This document shows positions 1-11,675 of a stretch of 64,000 nucleotides of DNA, piece by piece; the stretch's first letter is position 1, and each line of letters starts with the position of its first letter. This DNA is from an uncultured bacterium (GTDB lineage: Bacteria > Krumholzibacteriota > Krumholzibacteriia > JACNKJ01). Below the pieces are notes generated by a model. It had not been told where the DNA came from. It did no database searches and saw only the letters and a list, made by a program, of their open reading frames with translations. Both the position numbers and the translations under genes were made by a program. The stretch is taken from assembly GCA_963695095.1 (NCBI GenBank), contig CAVOFT010000001.1, positions 2,496,001 to 2,560,000 of the forward strand. The letters run 5' to 3'.

Positions 1-947
1 TCACGCTCCGCGTGCGCGAGGCGAGCCCCCTGCGCCTGGCGCCCGTGGTCACGGTGCTCGACGACGGGGAGCTCGACGGGGGGCTCGCCCTCGAGGGCGC
101 CGCGCCCCTGGGCCGGAACGAGCGCTGGCGGGGCCGGATCCTCGTCGGCCCCTACGCCGAGGGTTCGCTGCGGGTGGATGCGCTGCAGCTCGCGCCGCCG
201 CTGCCGGACCTGACGATCGAGGTCGGCGTGAGCGACTACGACGACCCCTTCCGCGCCAGCGAGGTAACGCGCTGGTGGTCGCTGGCCGGCCCCACCCTGG
301 CCCTGCCGGCGGCGGGCCGCCTGACCCTCCTGGGGGGCTGGGAGCGCGTCGACACGGCGCCGGCCCGGGGCCTCGATCCCGACGGCAGCGAAGCCCAGCC
401 GCTCTTTCGGCTCGAAGCCGCCCAGCCGCTCGCCGGCGAGGCCCTGGCGCTGGGCCTGGAGGCCGAGCTGCGCAGCCCCAGCGCGGAGCGCGGCCGCGCC
501 CGGGCCGAGGCGTGGCTCGACGGCCGCCGCCGACAGGGGCGCTGGCTCCTGGAAAGCCGCCTGGCCGGCGGCCTCGTCCAGCACCGCAGCCCCCTCACCG
601 AGATCGCCTACATGGACGCCTGGCGCTACCTGCGCGGCCATGCCAGCGGCAGCTTGCCGGCGCGAGAATTCCAGCTCCTGCGCCTGCGCGCGGACTTCCG
701 CTTGCATCAGTTCGAGGTGCGCCTCCGGCGCGGCAGCGATCCCGATCCGGTAGTCTTCGGGCCGTATTTTCTCTTGGAGGGAGCGCGCTTCCGGGAGTAT
801 CGTGCTGCCGCCTTCGACGAGGCCGGCGACTGGGGCCTCGGTCTCAGCGCCTGGCTGCCCGGCCGACCCCGCTTGCGGGCCTCTTTGGGTCTGCAGTGGA
901 ACGACGCGGGTGAACCGACCACCCTCTTCCTCCTGGAGGAACGCTGA
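1..947 (+). CDS. 5'-truncated hypothetical protein, probable outer-membrane beta-barrel (BamA/TamA surface-antigen-like C-terminus)
   Basis: Frame is open from the window edge; alternating hydrophobic/aromatic strand pattern (GPYFLLEGARF, WGLGLSAWL, LRASLGLQW) and YLRGH resembling the YLRGY/F barrel motif. Confidence 0.45.
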   Translation, partial: TLRVREASPLRLAPVVTVLDDGELDGGLALEGAAPLGRNERWRGRILVGPYAEGSLRVDALQLAPPLPDLTIEVGVSDYDDPFRASEVTRWWSLAGPTLALPAAGRLTLLGGWERVDTAPARGLDPDGSEAQPLFRLEAAQPLAGEALALGLEAELRSPSAERGRARAEAWLDGRRRQGRWLLESRLAGGLVQHRSPLTEIAYMDAWRYLRGHASGSLPAREFQLLRLRADFRLHQFEVRLRRGSDPDPVVFGPYFLLEGARFREYRAAAFDEAGDWGLGLSAWLPGRPRLRASLGLQWNDAGEPTTLFLLEER

Positions 948-949
948 TC

Positions 950-2257
950 GTGCACTATCAACGGTCGGCCCTGATGCCGGCCATCGCCACGCTTGCCCTC
1001 CTGCTCTTCGCCGGCACGGCCTGCCGCCCCTTCGGGCAGAATGAACTCGCCGCCCGCCGCGCCAGCGAGTGGAACGCGGCCGCGATCGCGGCCGCGACCC
1101 CGAACTTCGCCGACAGCTTCGACGCCTTCGGGCGCAACCAGACCCTGCAGTTCAAGCGCGGGGACACCCTCGAAGCGCTGCTGCGCCGCGCCGGTGTGCC
1201 GGCCCAGGAACGCTTCGCCCTCATCGACGCTCTGGCCGAGACCTTCGACATGAGCGACTTTCGTGCGGGCGCCGAGGTGGTCCTGCGCTGGGATCTGGCC
1301 GGGCGCCTGCTCGGCTTCGCCTACCCGCTGGACTACATCGAGGATCTCTACGCCTGGCGCCGCGGCGACGGCTTCGCGGCCGAGACCTTCCGCGCCACCC
1401 TCGACTGGCAGCCGCGCCTGGTGACGGCCGAGCTCGCGTCCTCCTTCTACGAGACCCTCGCCGCCCAGGGCGAGGACGGCGATCTCGCCGTCCGCGTGGC
1501 CGACCTCTTCGGCGGCGAGGTGGACTTCTTCCTCGACCTGCAGCCGGGCGATCGCATGGAGATCCTCCTGGAAAGCGCGCAGCGCCCGGATCGCGAGACG
1601 ATGCGCAACCGCGTCCTCGCCGCCTGGCTCGAGGTGAACGGCAAGCGCCACGCCGCCTACCTGCATCCGGCGGCGAACGGCGAGCGGCGCTACTACCACG
1701 CCGACGGCGGCAGCCTCGAGCGGCAGTTCCTCAAGGCCCCGCTGAGCTTCTCGCGCATCAGCTCGGGGTTCAGCCGCAGCCGGCTGCACCCGGTGCTCGG
1801 CGTCCACCGCCCGCACCTGGGCGTGGACTACGCCGCGCCCATCGGCACGCCGGTGCAGGCGACGGCCGACGGCAGCGTCGTCCGCCGCGGGCAGGATCGC
1901 GGCATGGGCCGCTTCATCGTGCTGCGGCATCCGGGCCGCATCGAGACCACCTACATGCACCTGTCGCGCTTCGCCGCGAGCACGAGCGTCGGCTCGCGCG
2001 TGAAGAAGGGCCAGACGATCGGCGCCGTGGGCTCCAGCGGACTCAGCACGGGGCCGCACCTGGACTACCGCATGAAGGTGAACGGCAACTTCATCGACCC
2101 GCGCAGCTTCCGCTCGGTGGCGGCCGAACCGCTGCCGGCTGCCGAGCGGGCGGCCTTCAGCGCCGCCGTGGCGCGCTACGATTCGCTCTGCGCGGCCCTG
2201 GCGCCCGCTCCCCAGCTGCCCCTGGGCCAGATCGCCAGCGCAGCGCCGACGAGGTAG
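950..2257 (+). CDS. M23 family metallopeptidase (MepM/OapA-like peptidoglycan DD-endopeptidase), probable lipoprotein
   Basis: HLGVDYAAPIGTPV (HxxxD), YMHLS and STGPHLDY (HxH-like) M23 motifs; hydrophobic N-terminus ending GTAC; start GTG 950 or ATG 974. Confidence 0.9.
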   Translation: MHYQRSALMPAIATLALLLFAGTACRPFGQNELAARRASEWNAAAIAAATPNFADSFDAFGRNQTLQFKRGDTLEALLRRAGVPAQERFALIDALAETFDMSDFRAGAEVVLRWDLAGRLLGFAYPLDYIEDLYAWRRGDGFAAETFRATLDWQPRLVTAELASSFYETLAAQGEDGDLAVRVADLFGGEVDFFLDLQPGDRMEILLESAQRPDRETMRNRVLAAWLEVNGKRHAAYLHPAANGERRYYHADGGSLERQFLKAPLSFSRISSGFSRSRLHPVLGVHRPHLGVDYAAPIGTPVQATADGSVVRRGQDRGMGRFIVLRHPGRIETTYMHLSRFAASTSVGSRVKKGQTIGAVGSSGLSTGPHLDYRMKVNGNFIDPRSFRSVAAEPLPAAERAAFSAAVARYDSLCAALAPAPQLPLGQIASAAPTR

Positions 2258-3715
2258 GCCAGCCAGGCCAAGGGCAGGGTCCATCCGCCGTGGCGGGCGT
2301 AGAAACTCGCCCGCGCCGGCGGATGGACGGCCGCCACCAGCACCCCCCGCGTATCCACGGCCAGGCGCCCCAGGCGGCGGCCGCGCGGCATCGAGAATCT
2401 CCGTCACGCCGTTGTTGCCCGCGCGCAGGACGGGCAGGCCGTTCTCGGCGGCGCGCAAGGGCGAGAGCGCAGCGTGCAGCTCCATGGCCAGGGGATCGGC
2501 GAACCAGCCGTCGTTGCTGATGTTGACGAGCAGCTCGGCGCCGGCCGCCGCAGCCTCCCGCACGCTGCCGGCGAAGCCCATCTCGTAGCAGATGAAGACG
2601 GCGGCGCGCAGCGGCCCGCCCGCCAGCACGCGCGGTCCCGGCCCCGGCGTGAAGTTCGCCTGGCCCAGATCGATGTTGAAGCCGGGCATGAGCCGCTCGA
2701 TGAGGGGGATGCGCTCGCCGAAGGGCAGCAGCTTGACCTTGCTGTAGCCGCCCTCGAAGGCACCGCCCGCGCTCACCAGGAGCGCGGCGTTGCGGTAGGC
2801 GTAGCCGCCGGAGCCCTGCGGTGAGAGGCCCTGGAAGCCCGTGATCAGGTCCACCCCCAGCGCCTGGGCGGTCTCGCGCAGGGCGCGCTCGGCGTGGCGA
2901 TCGTAGAAGAGGCTGACGGGGAAGGCCGTCTCCGGCCAGACGAGCAGCTCGGCGCCCTGGGCCACGGCCTCCTCGCCCAGCTCGCGATAGATGCGCAGGT
3001 TCTCCATGCGGAAGTGGGGCTCCCACTTGTCGGCGAGGGCGACGTTGCCCTGCAGAGCGGCCACGCGCAGGGTCTGGGGGCGCTCGCGGTGACTGGGCAG
3101 GGCGCCGAGGGCGAGCAGAAGCAGACTGGCGCCGAGGGCGAGCCCGCCCGCGCGCCGCGCGCCGCGGCCGGCGACCAGCGCCGCCGCGCCCGCCTGGGCC
3201 AGCACCATGAGGAAGCCCAGGCCCAGCCCGCCCACCCAGCCCGCCGGGGCCAGATAGCCGCCGGGCGCGGCCTGCGTCTGGGCGAGGTGGATCCAGCTGA
3301 AGGCCAGGAGCCCGCTGCCGCGCAACCACTCGAGGCCCGTCCACAGGGCCGCCGCGAGCCAGAGCGCGCGGGCGCTGCGGGCGCGCAGCGCCGCGTAGAG
3401 CCGCACGAAGAGCCAGGGGTAGAGGCTCAGATAGATCACCCAGAGCGCGAGGCCCGGCCAGAGCAGCCAGGGGACGGTCATGTCCGCGGCGGGGCTGAGG
3501 GCGATCAGCCAGCGGAAGCTGAGCAGACCGAAGGGGAGACCGAAGCCGAAGCCCAGCCAGCGCGCCGCCAGCGCCGCCGGCGGCCGGAAGCCTTCGACCG
3601 CCGCGCAGAGCGGCAGCAGGGCCAGCCAGCCCAGCCAGGGCAGGCCGTAGCGCGGCAGGGCGAAGTGGTAGAGCAGGGCCGTCAGGAGGCCGGCCGCCAG
3701 GAGCCGCAGGCGCAC
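2176..3715 (-). CDS. lnt: Apolipoprotein N-acyltransferase; one frameshift near 2388, probably an assembly error
   Basis: Multi-TM N-terminus, QGNV, VWPETA, YSKVKLLPFGE, ICYE, NISNDGWF, RAGNNG in the 707..5824 frame; C-terminus (SFYARHGGW) continues in the 2176..2391 frame; GGAG RBS before GTG. Confidence 0.9.
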
Positions 3716-3861
3716 GCGCACACTCCATCTGCGAGCCCGCCAGGCACCGGCTCGCGGTTCAGGGCGCGACAGTAGCGCCCGCGTCGCCGACCGCCAAGAG
3801 CAAAGCCGTCCCGGGTGCGGGCCGCGGTCCGCGCCGGAGCCCTGGCGCGCCGGCATCAGCC

Positions 3862-5301
<1,440 letters not shown>

Positions 5302-5355
5302 GCGGGGTGCTCCTGGAAGGCGTTGTGGCTGGCGTCTGGCTTGGGCTGTGGCCAT

Positions 5356-5371
5356 TGCAAGGGGCATTCCG
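5356..5371 (-). promoter_or_regulatory. Putative sigma-54 (-24/-12) promoter upstream of the bEBP gene
   Basis: Minus strand CGGAATGCCCCTTGCA = GG-N10-GC ending in TTGCA, resembling TGGCACG-N4-TTGCW. Confidence 0.4.
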
Positions 5372-5493
5372 CCCTGTGCCTGCGCTCGCTGCGGGACTTA
5401 GGGCTTCGCGCGCGCGCAGCGGCGGCGGCGGCGCGGACGGGGCGACGGCGCACCGTCGGGCCGAGCCCGGCTCGTGGAGAAGCGCGGGCCCGC

Positions 5494-6510
<1,017 letters not shown>

Positions 6511-6522
6511 GGGAGCCTCGCT

Positions 6523-7827
6523 CTAGTAGTCCCTGAGGGCCTCGTAGATCTCCACCGGCAGCTCGTCGCCGATGAGCTTCAGCTCGCCGCGGCTGTGCAG
6601 GCCGACGAGGGCGTCCACCACCTCGGGGTCGAACTGGGTGCCCCGGCAGCGCTGGAACTCGGCCATGGTCTCCTCGATGTCGCGCGCCTTGCGGTAGGAG
6701 CGCGTGCTGGTCATGGCGTCCAGGGTATCGCAGACGTGCAAGATCCTCGCCTCGAAGGGAATCGCCTCGCCCTTGAGGCCATCCGGGTAGCCCTTCCCGT
6801 CCGGCCGCTCGTGGTGGTACTTGACGATCTGGGCGGCCTCGTTGAGGAACTTCAGCCGCTCGATGATCTTGGCGCCGATGTCCGGGTGAGCCTTCATGGC
6901 GCTGTACTCATCATCGGTGAGCTTGCCGTCCTTGGAGATGATGTCGCCGCTGACCCCGATCTTGCCGATGTCGTGGAGCAGGGCCGCGTACTCGAGCAGC
7001 TCCATGCGCTTGCCCGAGAGCCCCAGCACCCGGCCCAGCGTGAGCGCATAGCGGCTCACGCGGTAGGAGTGCCCGTGCGTGTAGGCGTCCTTGGCGTCCA
7101 GCGCGCTGGTCAGCGCCGTCAGCGTGGCGATGTGCGTCTCCTTCATGTCGAGATAGAGGCGGTAGGCGTAGCGAAGGAGCAGCAGCGGGATGATGAAGAG
7201 CGCCAGCGTCCAGGGCGCCGCGAAGCGGTAGACGAGGATGAGGATGGCCGTCAGCGGCACGAAGGCGACCAGGTGGCGCAGATTCCAGAAGTAGTTGCTG
7301 CGCCAGATGCGCAGGGGATTGCGGCCGTCGGACAGGCCGATGATCGTGCTCACGAGGGAGGTGTTCACCAGCCAGTGCACGATGCCGCAGACGACCAGCG
7401 GGATCAGGAAGAGCGGACTCGTCAGCCCTTCGCTGAAGGGCAGCGACTGGAAGACGATGCCGGCCACGCCCGTGGAGAGGGCCAGCACCGGCACGTTGAA
7501 GAAGACCTTCTCCAGCGGCCGCCGGTTGACCAGCCCCTCGACGATGATGGCGCTGACCGCCTCCATCCAGGCCGCCGGATAGGCGCCGAAGATGACGATG
7601 GAGGCAAAGGTGATCGGCGTCGAGACGCTGATCGAGGCGCCGCCGTGGGGCAGCGTCACGTTGACCAGATCCGCGATCACGATGAGCAGGATGAAGACCG
7701 CGTACTCGAGCCAGCGCCGCGGATCCAGCTCCTGCGACCAGAAGTAGAGGGCGACGTAGCCGACGAGGCTGACCGCGAAGTAGTAGGCGATGAAGGAGCG
7801 GCTGCGGCCGCTCAGGAATGTCGCCAA
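6523..7827 (-). CDS. HD-GYP domain phosphodiesterase with a multi-TM N-terminal sensor (MASE9-like)
   Basis: About 6-7 hydrophobic segments, then DAKDAYTHGHS, LLHDIGKIG, HHERPDGKGYP, DAMTSTRSYRK, GTQFDP; TTG start after GGAG. Confidence 0.92.
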   Translation of the reverse strand: MATFLSGRSRSFIAYYFAVSLVGYVALYFWSQELDPRRWLEYAVFILLIVIADLVNVTLPHGGASISVSTPITFASIVIFGAYPAAWMEAVSAIIVEGLVNRRPLEKVFFNVPVLALSTGVAGIVFQSLPFSEGLTSPLFLIPLVVCGIVHWLVNTSLVSTIIGLSDGRNPLRIWRSNYFWNLRHLVAFVPLTAILILVYRFAAPWTLALFIIPLLLLRYAYRLYLDMKETHIATLTALTSALDAKDAYTHGHSYRVSRYALTLGRVLGLSGKRMELLEYAALLHDIGKIGVSGDIISKDGKLTDDEYSAMKAHPDIGAKIIERLKFLNEAAQIVKYHHERPDGKGYPDGLKGEAIPFEARILHVCDTLDAMTSTRSYRKARDIEETMAEFQRCRGTQFDPEVVDALVGLHSRGELKLIGDELPVEIYEALRDY

Positions 7828-7867
7828 GGCCAGCTCCCGGGTGCACGGAGCCGGTGCGATGACTCGG

Positions 7868-7930
7868 CTACCACCAGGTCTTAGTCAGGAGAAGATCGCC
7901 AAAGAACAGATCGATGATGAACTTGAACAT
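7868..7930 (-). CDS. 20-aa small peptide MFKFIIDLFFGDLLLTKTWW
   Basis: AAGGAGGT RBS 5 nt before the ATG; AT-richer codons than the flanks; lies between a promoter and the HD-GYP gene. Confidence 0.7.
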   Translation of the reverse strand: MFKFIIDLFFGDLLLTKTWW

Positions 7931-8014
7931 GGCACACCTCCTTGGCGTGAATAGGGCAGATACCCGCTTCGCTGGAAGGCATGCGCTTCGCTGCCGCCAT
8001 CGCACCGGCAGGGC

Positions 8015-8043
8015 ATGGTGGCCGGGATCCCGGGGAGTGTCAA
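8015..8043 (-). promoter_or_regulatory. Putative sigma-70 promoter for the peptide/HD-GYP unit
   Basis: TTGACA (8043-8038), 17-nt spacer, weak -10 CACCAT (8020-8015). Confidence 0.5.
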
Positions 8044-8085
8044 CGGAATGTTCCCCTGGCCAGAAGCGGACCGGGGAGGCGGAAA

Positions 8086-8946
8086 TCAGAGGATGTCGAA
8101 GTCGACCGTGTCGCGCGGATTCCAGAGCCCGGTCAGGCGGTTGGTGGCGGCCAGGGTGGCCAGCACCGCGGCCTGGCGCGGATCCTGGCGAACCACGGCC
8201 GCGCCCGTGAAGCTCGACAGCTCGCGCTCGGCCACCGCGCTCAGGTGCACGACCAGCACTTCTTCGCGACCGAAGTGCAGGCGGTCGAAGCGCGGCGTGT
8301 CGAAGTGCATGCCGGTCTCGAAGAGCAGCAGCATGGCGTCCAGCGTGGCGTGGATGACGGCGGCCAGGTGGCCGTCCGGCGTGTCGGCGGCCTCGCACTC
8401 GCCCACCGCATGCCGTTCGCCCCGGCTCAGCTCGACGGCGGCCGTCACCACGCTGCCGGCGTGGGTCACCGTGAGCTTTTCGTAGATGATCCTCGGCTCG
8501 CTGAGATCCGCGTCGCCGTCGAGCTCCAGCCCTGCCTCCGCCATGGCCGGCGGCGCGGCGGGCTCGGGCTCCGGCTCGGCTTCGGGCTCGGCTTCGGGCT
8601 CGGGTTCGATGATCAGCTCGCCCGCGGGGGGCGCCGGCGCCGCGGGCTCGATGATCAGCTCCCCGGCCGTCGGCGCGGCCGGCGCCGGCGCGGAGGCCGC
8701 CGGCGCCGCCCCCGGCTCGATGATGGCCACCTGGATGCGGCGGTGGTCGATGTCCAGGCCGCCCCGCACCTTGAGGATGGTGTCCACGTCCCGGGCGATG
8801 AGGCGGGGCGGACGAGTCGAGACGGCGGTGACGTGGACCTCCGTCACCTGGCCGGCCGGATCGCTGATGATCCGGCAGCCCGTGACCTCGCGCAACCCTG
8901 TAACCAAAGACTGTAAGTAATTGATATTGATGGAACTAGGGGTCAT
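8086..8946 (-). CDS. Hypothetical protein: two compact domains joined by a Pro/Glu/Ala-rich linker
   Basis: N-domain EVHV...PRLIARDVDT...DIDHRRIQVA; linker with GELIIEP twice and EPEA repeats; C-domain ending DPRQAAVLATLAATNR; coding-like codon bias. Confidence 0.7.
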   Translation of the reverse strand: MTPSSININYLQSLVTGLREVTGCRIISDPAGQVTEVHVTAVSTRPPRLIARDVDTILKVRGGLDIDHRRIQVAIIEPGAAPAASAPAPAAPTAGELIIEPAAPAPPAGELIIEPEPEAEPEAEPEPEPAAPPAMAEAGLELDGDADLSEPRIIYEKLTVTHAGSVVTAAVELSRGERHAVGECEAADTPDGHLAAVIHATLDAMLLLFETGMHFDTPRFDRLHFGREEVLVVHLSAVAERELSSFTGAAVVRQDPRQAAVLATLAATNRLTGLWNPRDTVDFDIL

Positions 8947-8991
8947 GTCCGTGTTGCCGATCCCGAGTTGCTCGTGCGGTTGAGGAAGTCG

Positions 8992-9957
8992 TTATCCTAG
9001 CACATCCGCGCCGGAGGCGCTAGAGCGTCCGCGCGCGGGAGCCGGCGGCGCCTTGAGCAGGGCCGCCAGGGCCCGCCGCCGCGCCGCGAGTTCGGCCGGC
9101 CGCCGGCGCGCCAGGCCCGCCAGCCCGAGGCCTTCCACGGCGAAGCTCGCCACGGCGCTGCCCGTGAGCAGCGCCCGGCGCAGGGCGCCCAGGTCCCAGC
9201 GGCCTTCGCGGGCAAGGTGGCCCATGACGCCCCCCGCGAAGGCATCGCCCGCCCCCGTGGGATCCTCGAGGGCAGCGACGGGAAAGGCCGGGCAGGGATA
9301 GACCGCGCCTTCGGCAAAGAGCAGGACCCCGTGTTCGCCCTTCTTCACGATCACGTGGCGCGGGCCCAGGGCCCGCAGCGCCTCGCCCGCCCTGACCAGC
9401 GAGCGCTCGCCGGTGAGCTGGCGCGCTTCCTCGTCGTTGATGAAGAGCAAGTCCACCCGCGCGATGACGGCCAGAAGCTCCGCGAGGGCAGCATCGATCC
9501 AGAGATTCATCGTGTCCATGGCCGCCAGGCGGCGGCCGTGCGCGGCGTCCAGCACCCGCGCCTGCAGCTCGGGCTGGATGTTGGCCAGGAAGACCAGCTC
9601 GCAGTCGGCGTGGCCGGGGCCCAGCACGGGCGCGAAATCGGCAAAGACGCCGAGCTCGGTGTAGAGCGTCTCGCGGCCCGCGCAGTCGGGGCCGTAGCGC
9701 CCGCCCCAGCGGAAGCTCTTGCCCGGCCGCCGCTCGACGCCGGAGAGGTCGGCGGGCAGACGGGCGAGCAGATCCAGGTCCTCGCTGCGGAAATCCTCGC
9801 CCACGACGGCCACGAGAGCGGGCGTGGCGCCCGCCAGCGCCGCCGCGACGCTGAAGTGCGCGAGGCTGCCGCCCAGGAGATTCTTGCCCGCGGCCGCGGG
9901 CGTCTCGATGTCATCGTAGGCCAGTGAGCCCACGGCCAGCAGTCGGCTCGCGCTCAT
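8992..9957 (-). CDS. PfkB family carbohydrate/nucleoside kinase
   Basis: VGSLAYDDIETP...LGGS, VGEDF, MDTMNLWI, INDEEA, KKGEHG, DPTGAGDAFAGG; C-terminal part of the 8992..11916 frame, with AGGAGG before ATG 9957. Confidence 0.92.
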   Translation of the reverse strand: MSASRLLAVGSLAYDDIETPAAAGKNLLGGSLAHFSVAAALAGATPALVAVVGEDFRSEDLDLLARLPADLSGVERRPGKSFRWGGRYGPDCAGRETLYTELGVFADFAPVLGPGHADCELVFLANIQPELQARVLDAAHGRRLAAMDTMNLWIDAALAELLAVIARVDLLFINDEEARQLTGERSLVRAGEALRALGPRHVIVKKGEHGVLLFAEGAVYPCPAFPVAALEDPTGAGDAFAGGVMGHLAREGRWDLGALRRALLTGSAVASFAVEGLGLAGLARRRPAELAARRRALAALLKAPPAPARGRSSASGADVLG

Positions 9958-9995
9958 CCCCCTCCTTGATCGGCCCGCGGCGCAGGCCCTCGGCT

Positions 9996-11675
9996 TCACA
10001 TCCGTTCCGGCGCCGCCACGCCCATCAGATCCAGGCCGCTGAGCAGCACCTGGCGCGTGGCCCGGCACAGGGCCAGCCGCGCGCGGCTGAGGGCCGGGTC
10101 GTCCCCCACCACCGTCCGCTCGTGATAGAAGCGGTGGAAGGCGGCGGCCACATCGCTCAGGTAGTTGAAGAGGCGGTTGGGCTCGCGCGCAGCTGCCGCT
10201 CCGCTGATCGCCACCGGAAATTCGCCGAGGATGCGGATCAGCTCCAGCTCCTCCTCGCTCGTGAGCAAGGCGAGTTCGGCTGCGGGCGGCGCCGCCGCGG
10301 CGTCGGCGAAGCCCGCCTCGGCGGCCTTGCGCAGGATGCCCGCGATGCGCGCCGTCGCGTACTGCGGGTAGAAAACGCGCGACTTGGCGCTCTGCTCGCG
10401 GGCCTGGCCGAGGTCGAACTCCAGGTGGCTGTCCCGCCGGCGGACGAGGAAGTAGGCGCGGGCCACGTCCACGCCGACGTCGTCGATCAGCTCGCCCATG
10501 GTGACGAACTCGCCCGCGCGCTTGCTCATCGTCACCTGCTCGCCATTCTCCACCAGGGTCACGAGCTGGAGGACGAGGATCTCCAGCCAGCCCTCCGGCG
10601 CGCCGATGGCCCGCGCGATGGCCTGCATGCGCGCCACGTGGCCGTGGTGGTCGGGACCCAGCACCGTGATCGCCTTGGCGAAACCGCGGCGCAGCTTGTC
10701 CAGATGGTAGGCGGCGTCGGCGAGGAAGTAGGTGGGCCGGCCGTCGCTGCGGACGACGACGCGGTCCTTGTCGTCCCCGAAGTCGCTGGAGCGGAACCAG
10801 CGCGCGCCCTCGGCCTCGTAGACGAGTCCCTGCGCCTCGAAGAGGGCCAGCACCTCGGCCACCTTGCCGCCTTCGTGCAAGCTCCGCTCGCTGAACCAGA
10901 CATCGAAGGGCGTGCGGAAGCGCTCCATCTCGGCCCGCAGGTCGGCGAGCAGCGTGGCGAGGGCGGCGTCGGCGTAGGCGTCCCGGCGGGCAGCGGCGGG
11001 CAGCGCCTCCCAGCGCTCCACCGCCGCGGCGTCCAGGGCAGCGGCGATCTCGCGCAGATAGAGGCCGTGGTAGCCGTTCTCGGGAATGGCCAGGGGCTCG
11101 CCGGCGAGTTCGCGGCGGCGGGCGCGCAGGCTCTCGCCCAGGGCCTCGACCTGCGAGCCCGCGTCGTTGACGTAGAACTCGCGAGTCACCGGGTAGCCGG
11201 CCGCCTCCAGCAGGCGCGCCAGCGTGGACCCGAAGGCTGCGGCCCGGGCGCTCACCACCACGGCCGGCCCGGTCGGATTCGCGCTCACGAACTCCAGACA
11301 GACGGGCTGGCCCCCGCCCCCCTGGCTCCGACCGAACGCGGCGCCGGCGGCGAGGATCTCGCCCACCAGGCTCTGCTGGGCGCCCGCCGGCAGGCGGAAA
11401 TTCAGGAAGCCGGGGCCGGCCACCGTGGCCGCGAGTCCCGGCAGGCGCGTCTCGCAGGAGGCGGCGAGGGCCGCGGCCAGCTCCCGCGGCGGCAGGCCGC
11501 AGGGCTTGGCGGCGAGCATGGCCACGTTCGTGCTGAGATCGCCGTGCGCGCTGTCCCTGGGCGGAATGAGGGCGATCTCCGCCGGCCCGACCGTGCCGCC
11601 GGCGAAGGCCCAGTCCGTCTCGCCGTGCCGCTCGCGGAAGTAGTCGGCGATTGCCGCGCGGATCCGCTCCTTCAC
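9996..11675 (-). CDS. argS: Arginine--tRNA ligase
   Basis: HGDLSTNVAM, GPGFLNF, EFVSANPTGP, EFYVNDAGSQ, DDKDRV, TYFLADAAYH, MSKRAGE, QYATARI. Confidence 0.97.
   Translation of the reverse strand: MKERIRAAIADYFRERHGETDWAFAGGTVGPAEIALIPPRDSAHGDLSTNVAMLAAKPCGLPPRELAAALAASCETRLPGLAATVAGPGFLNFRLPAGAQQSLVGEILAAGAAFGRSQGGGGQPVCLEFVSANPTGPAVVVSARAAAFGSTLARLLEAAGYPVTREFYVNDAGSQVEALGESLRARRRELAGEPLAIPENGYHGLYLREIAAALDAAAVERWEALPAAARRDAYADAALATLLADLRAEMERFRTPFDVWFSERSLHEGGKVAEVLALFEAQGLVYEAEGARWFRSSDFGDDKDRVVVRSDGRPTYFLADAAYHLDKLRRGFAKAITVLGPDHHGHVARMQAIARAIGAPEGWLEILVLQLVTLVENGEQVTMSKRAGEFVTMGELIDDVGVDVARAYFLVRRRDSHLEFDLGQAREQSAKSRVFYPQYATARIAGILRKAAEAGFADAAAAPPAAELALLTSEEELELIRILGEFPVAISGAAAAREPNRLFNYLSDVAAAFHRFYHERTVVGDDPALSRARLALCRATRQVLLSGLDLMGVAAPERM

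Noticed and set aside
7944..8014. c-di-GMP riboswitch upstream of the peptide/HD-GYP unit
   Set aside because: I could not find the GEMM-type GAAA tetraloop/receptor and conserved motifs by eye; an Rfam scan would settle it
8560..8720. Short tandem repeats (GGCTCG-type units)
   Set aside because: They encode the Pro/Glu/Ala linker of the 8086..8946 protein; not an independent element
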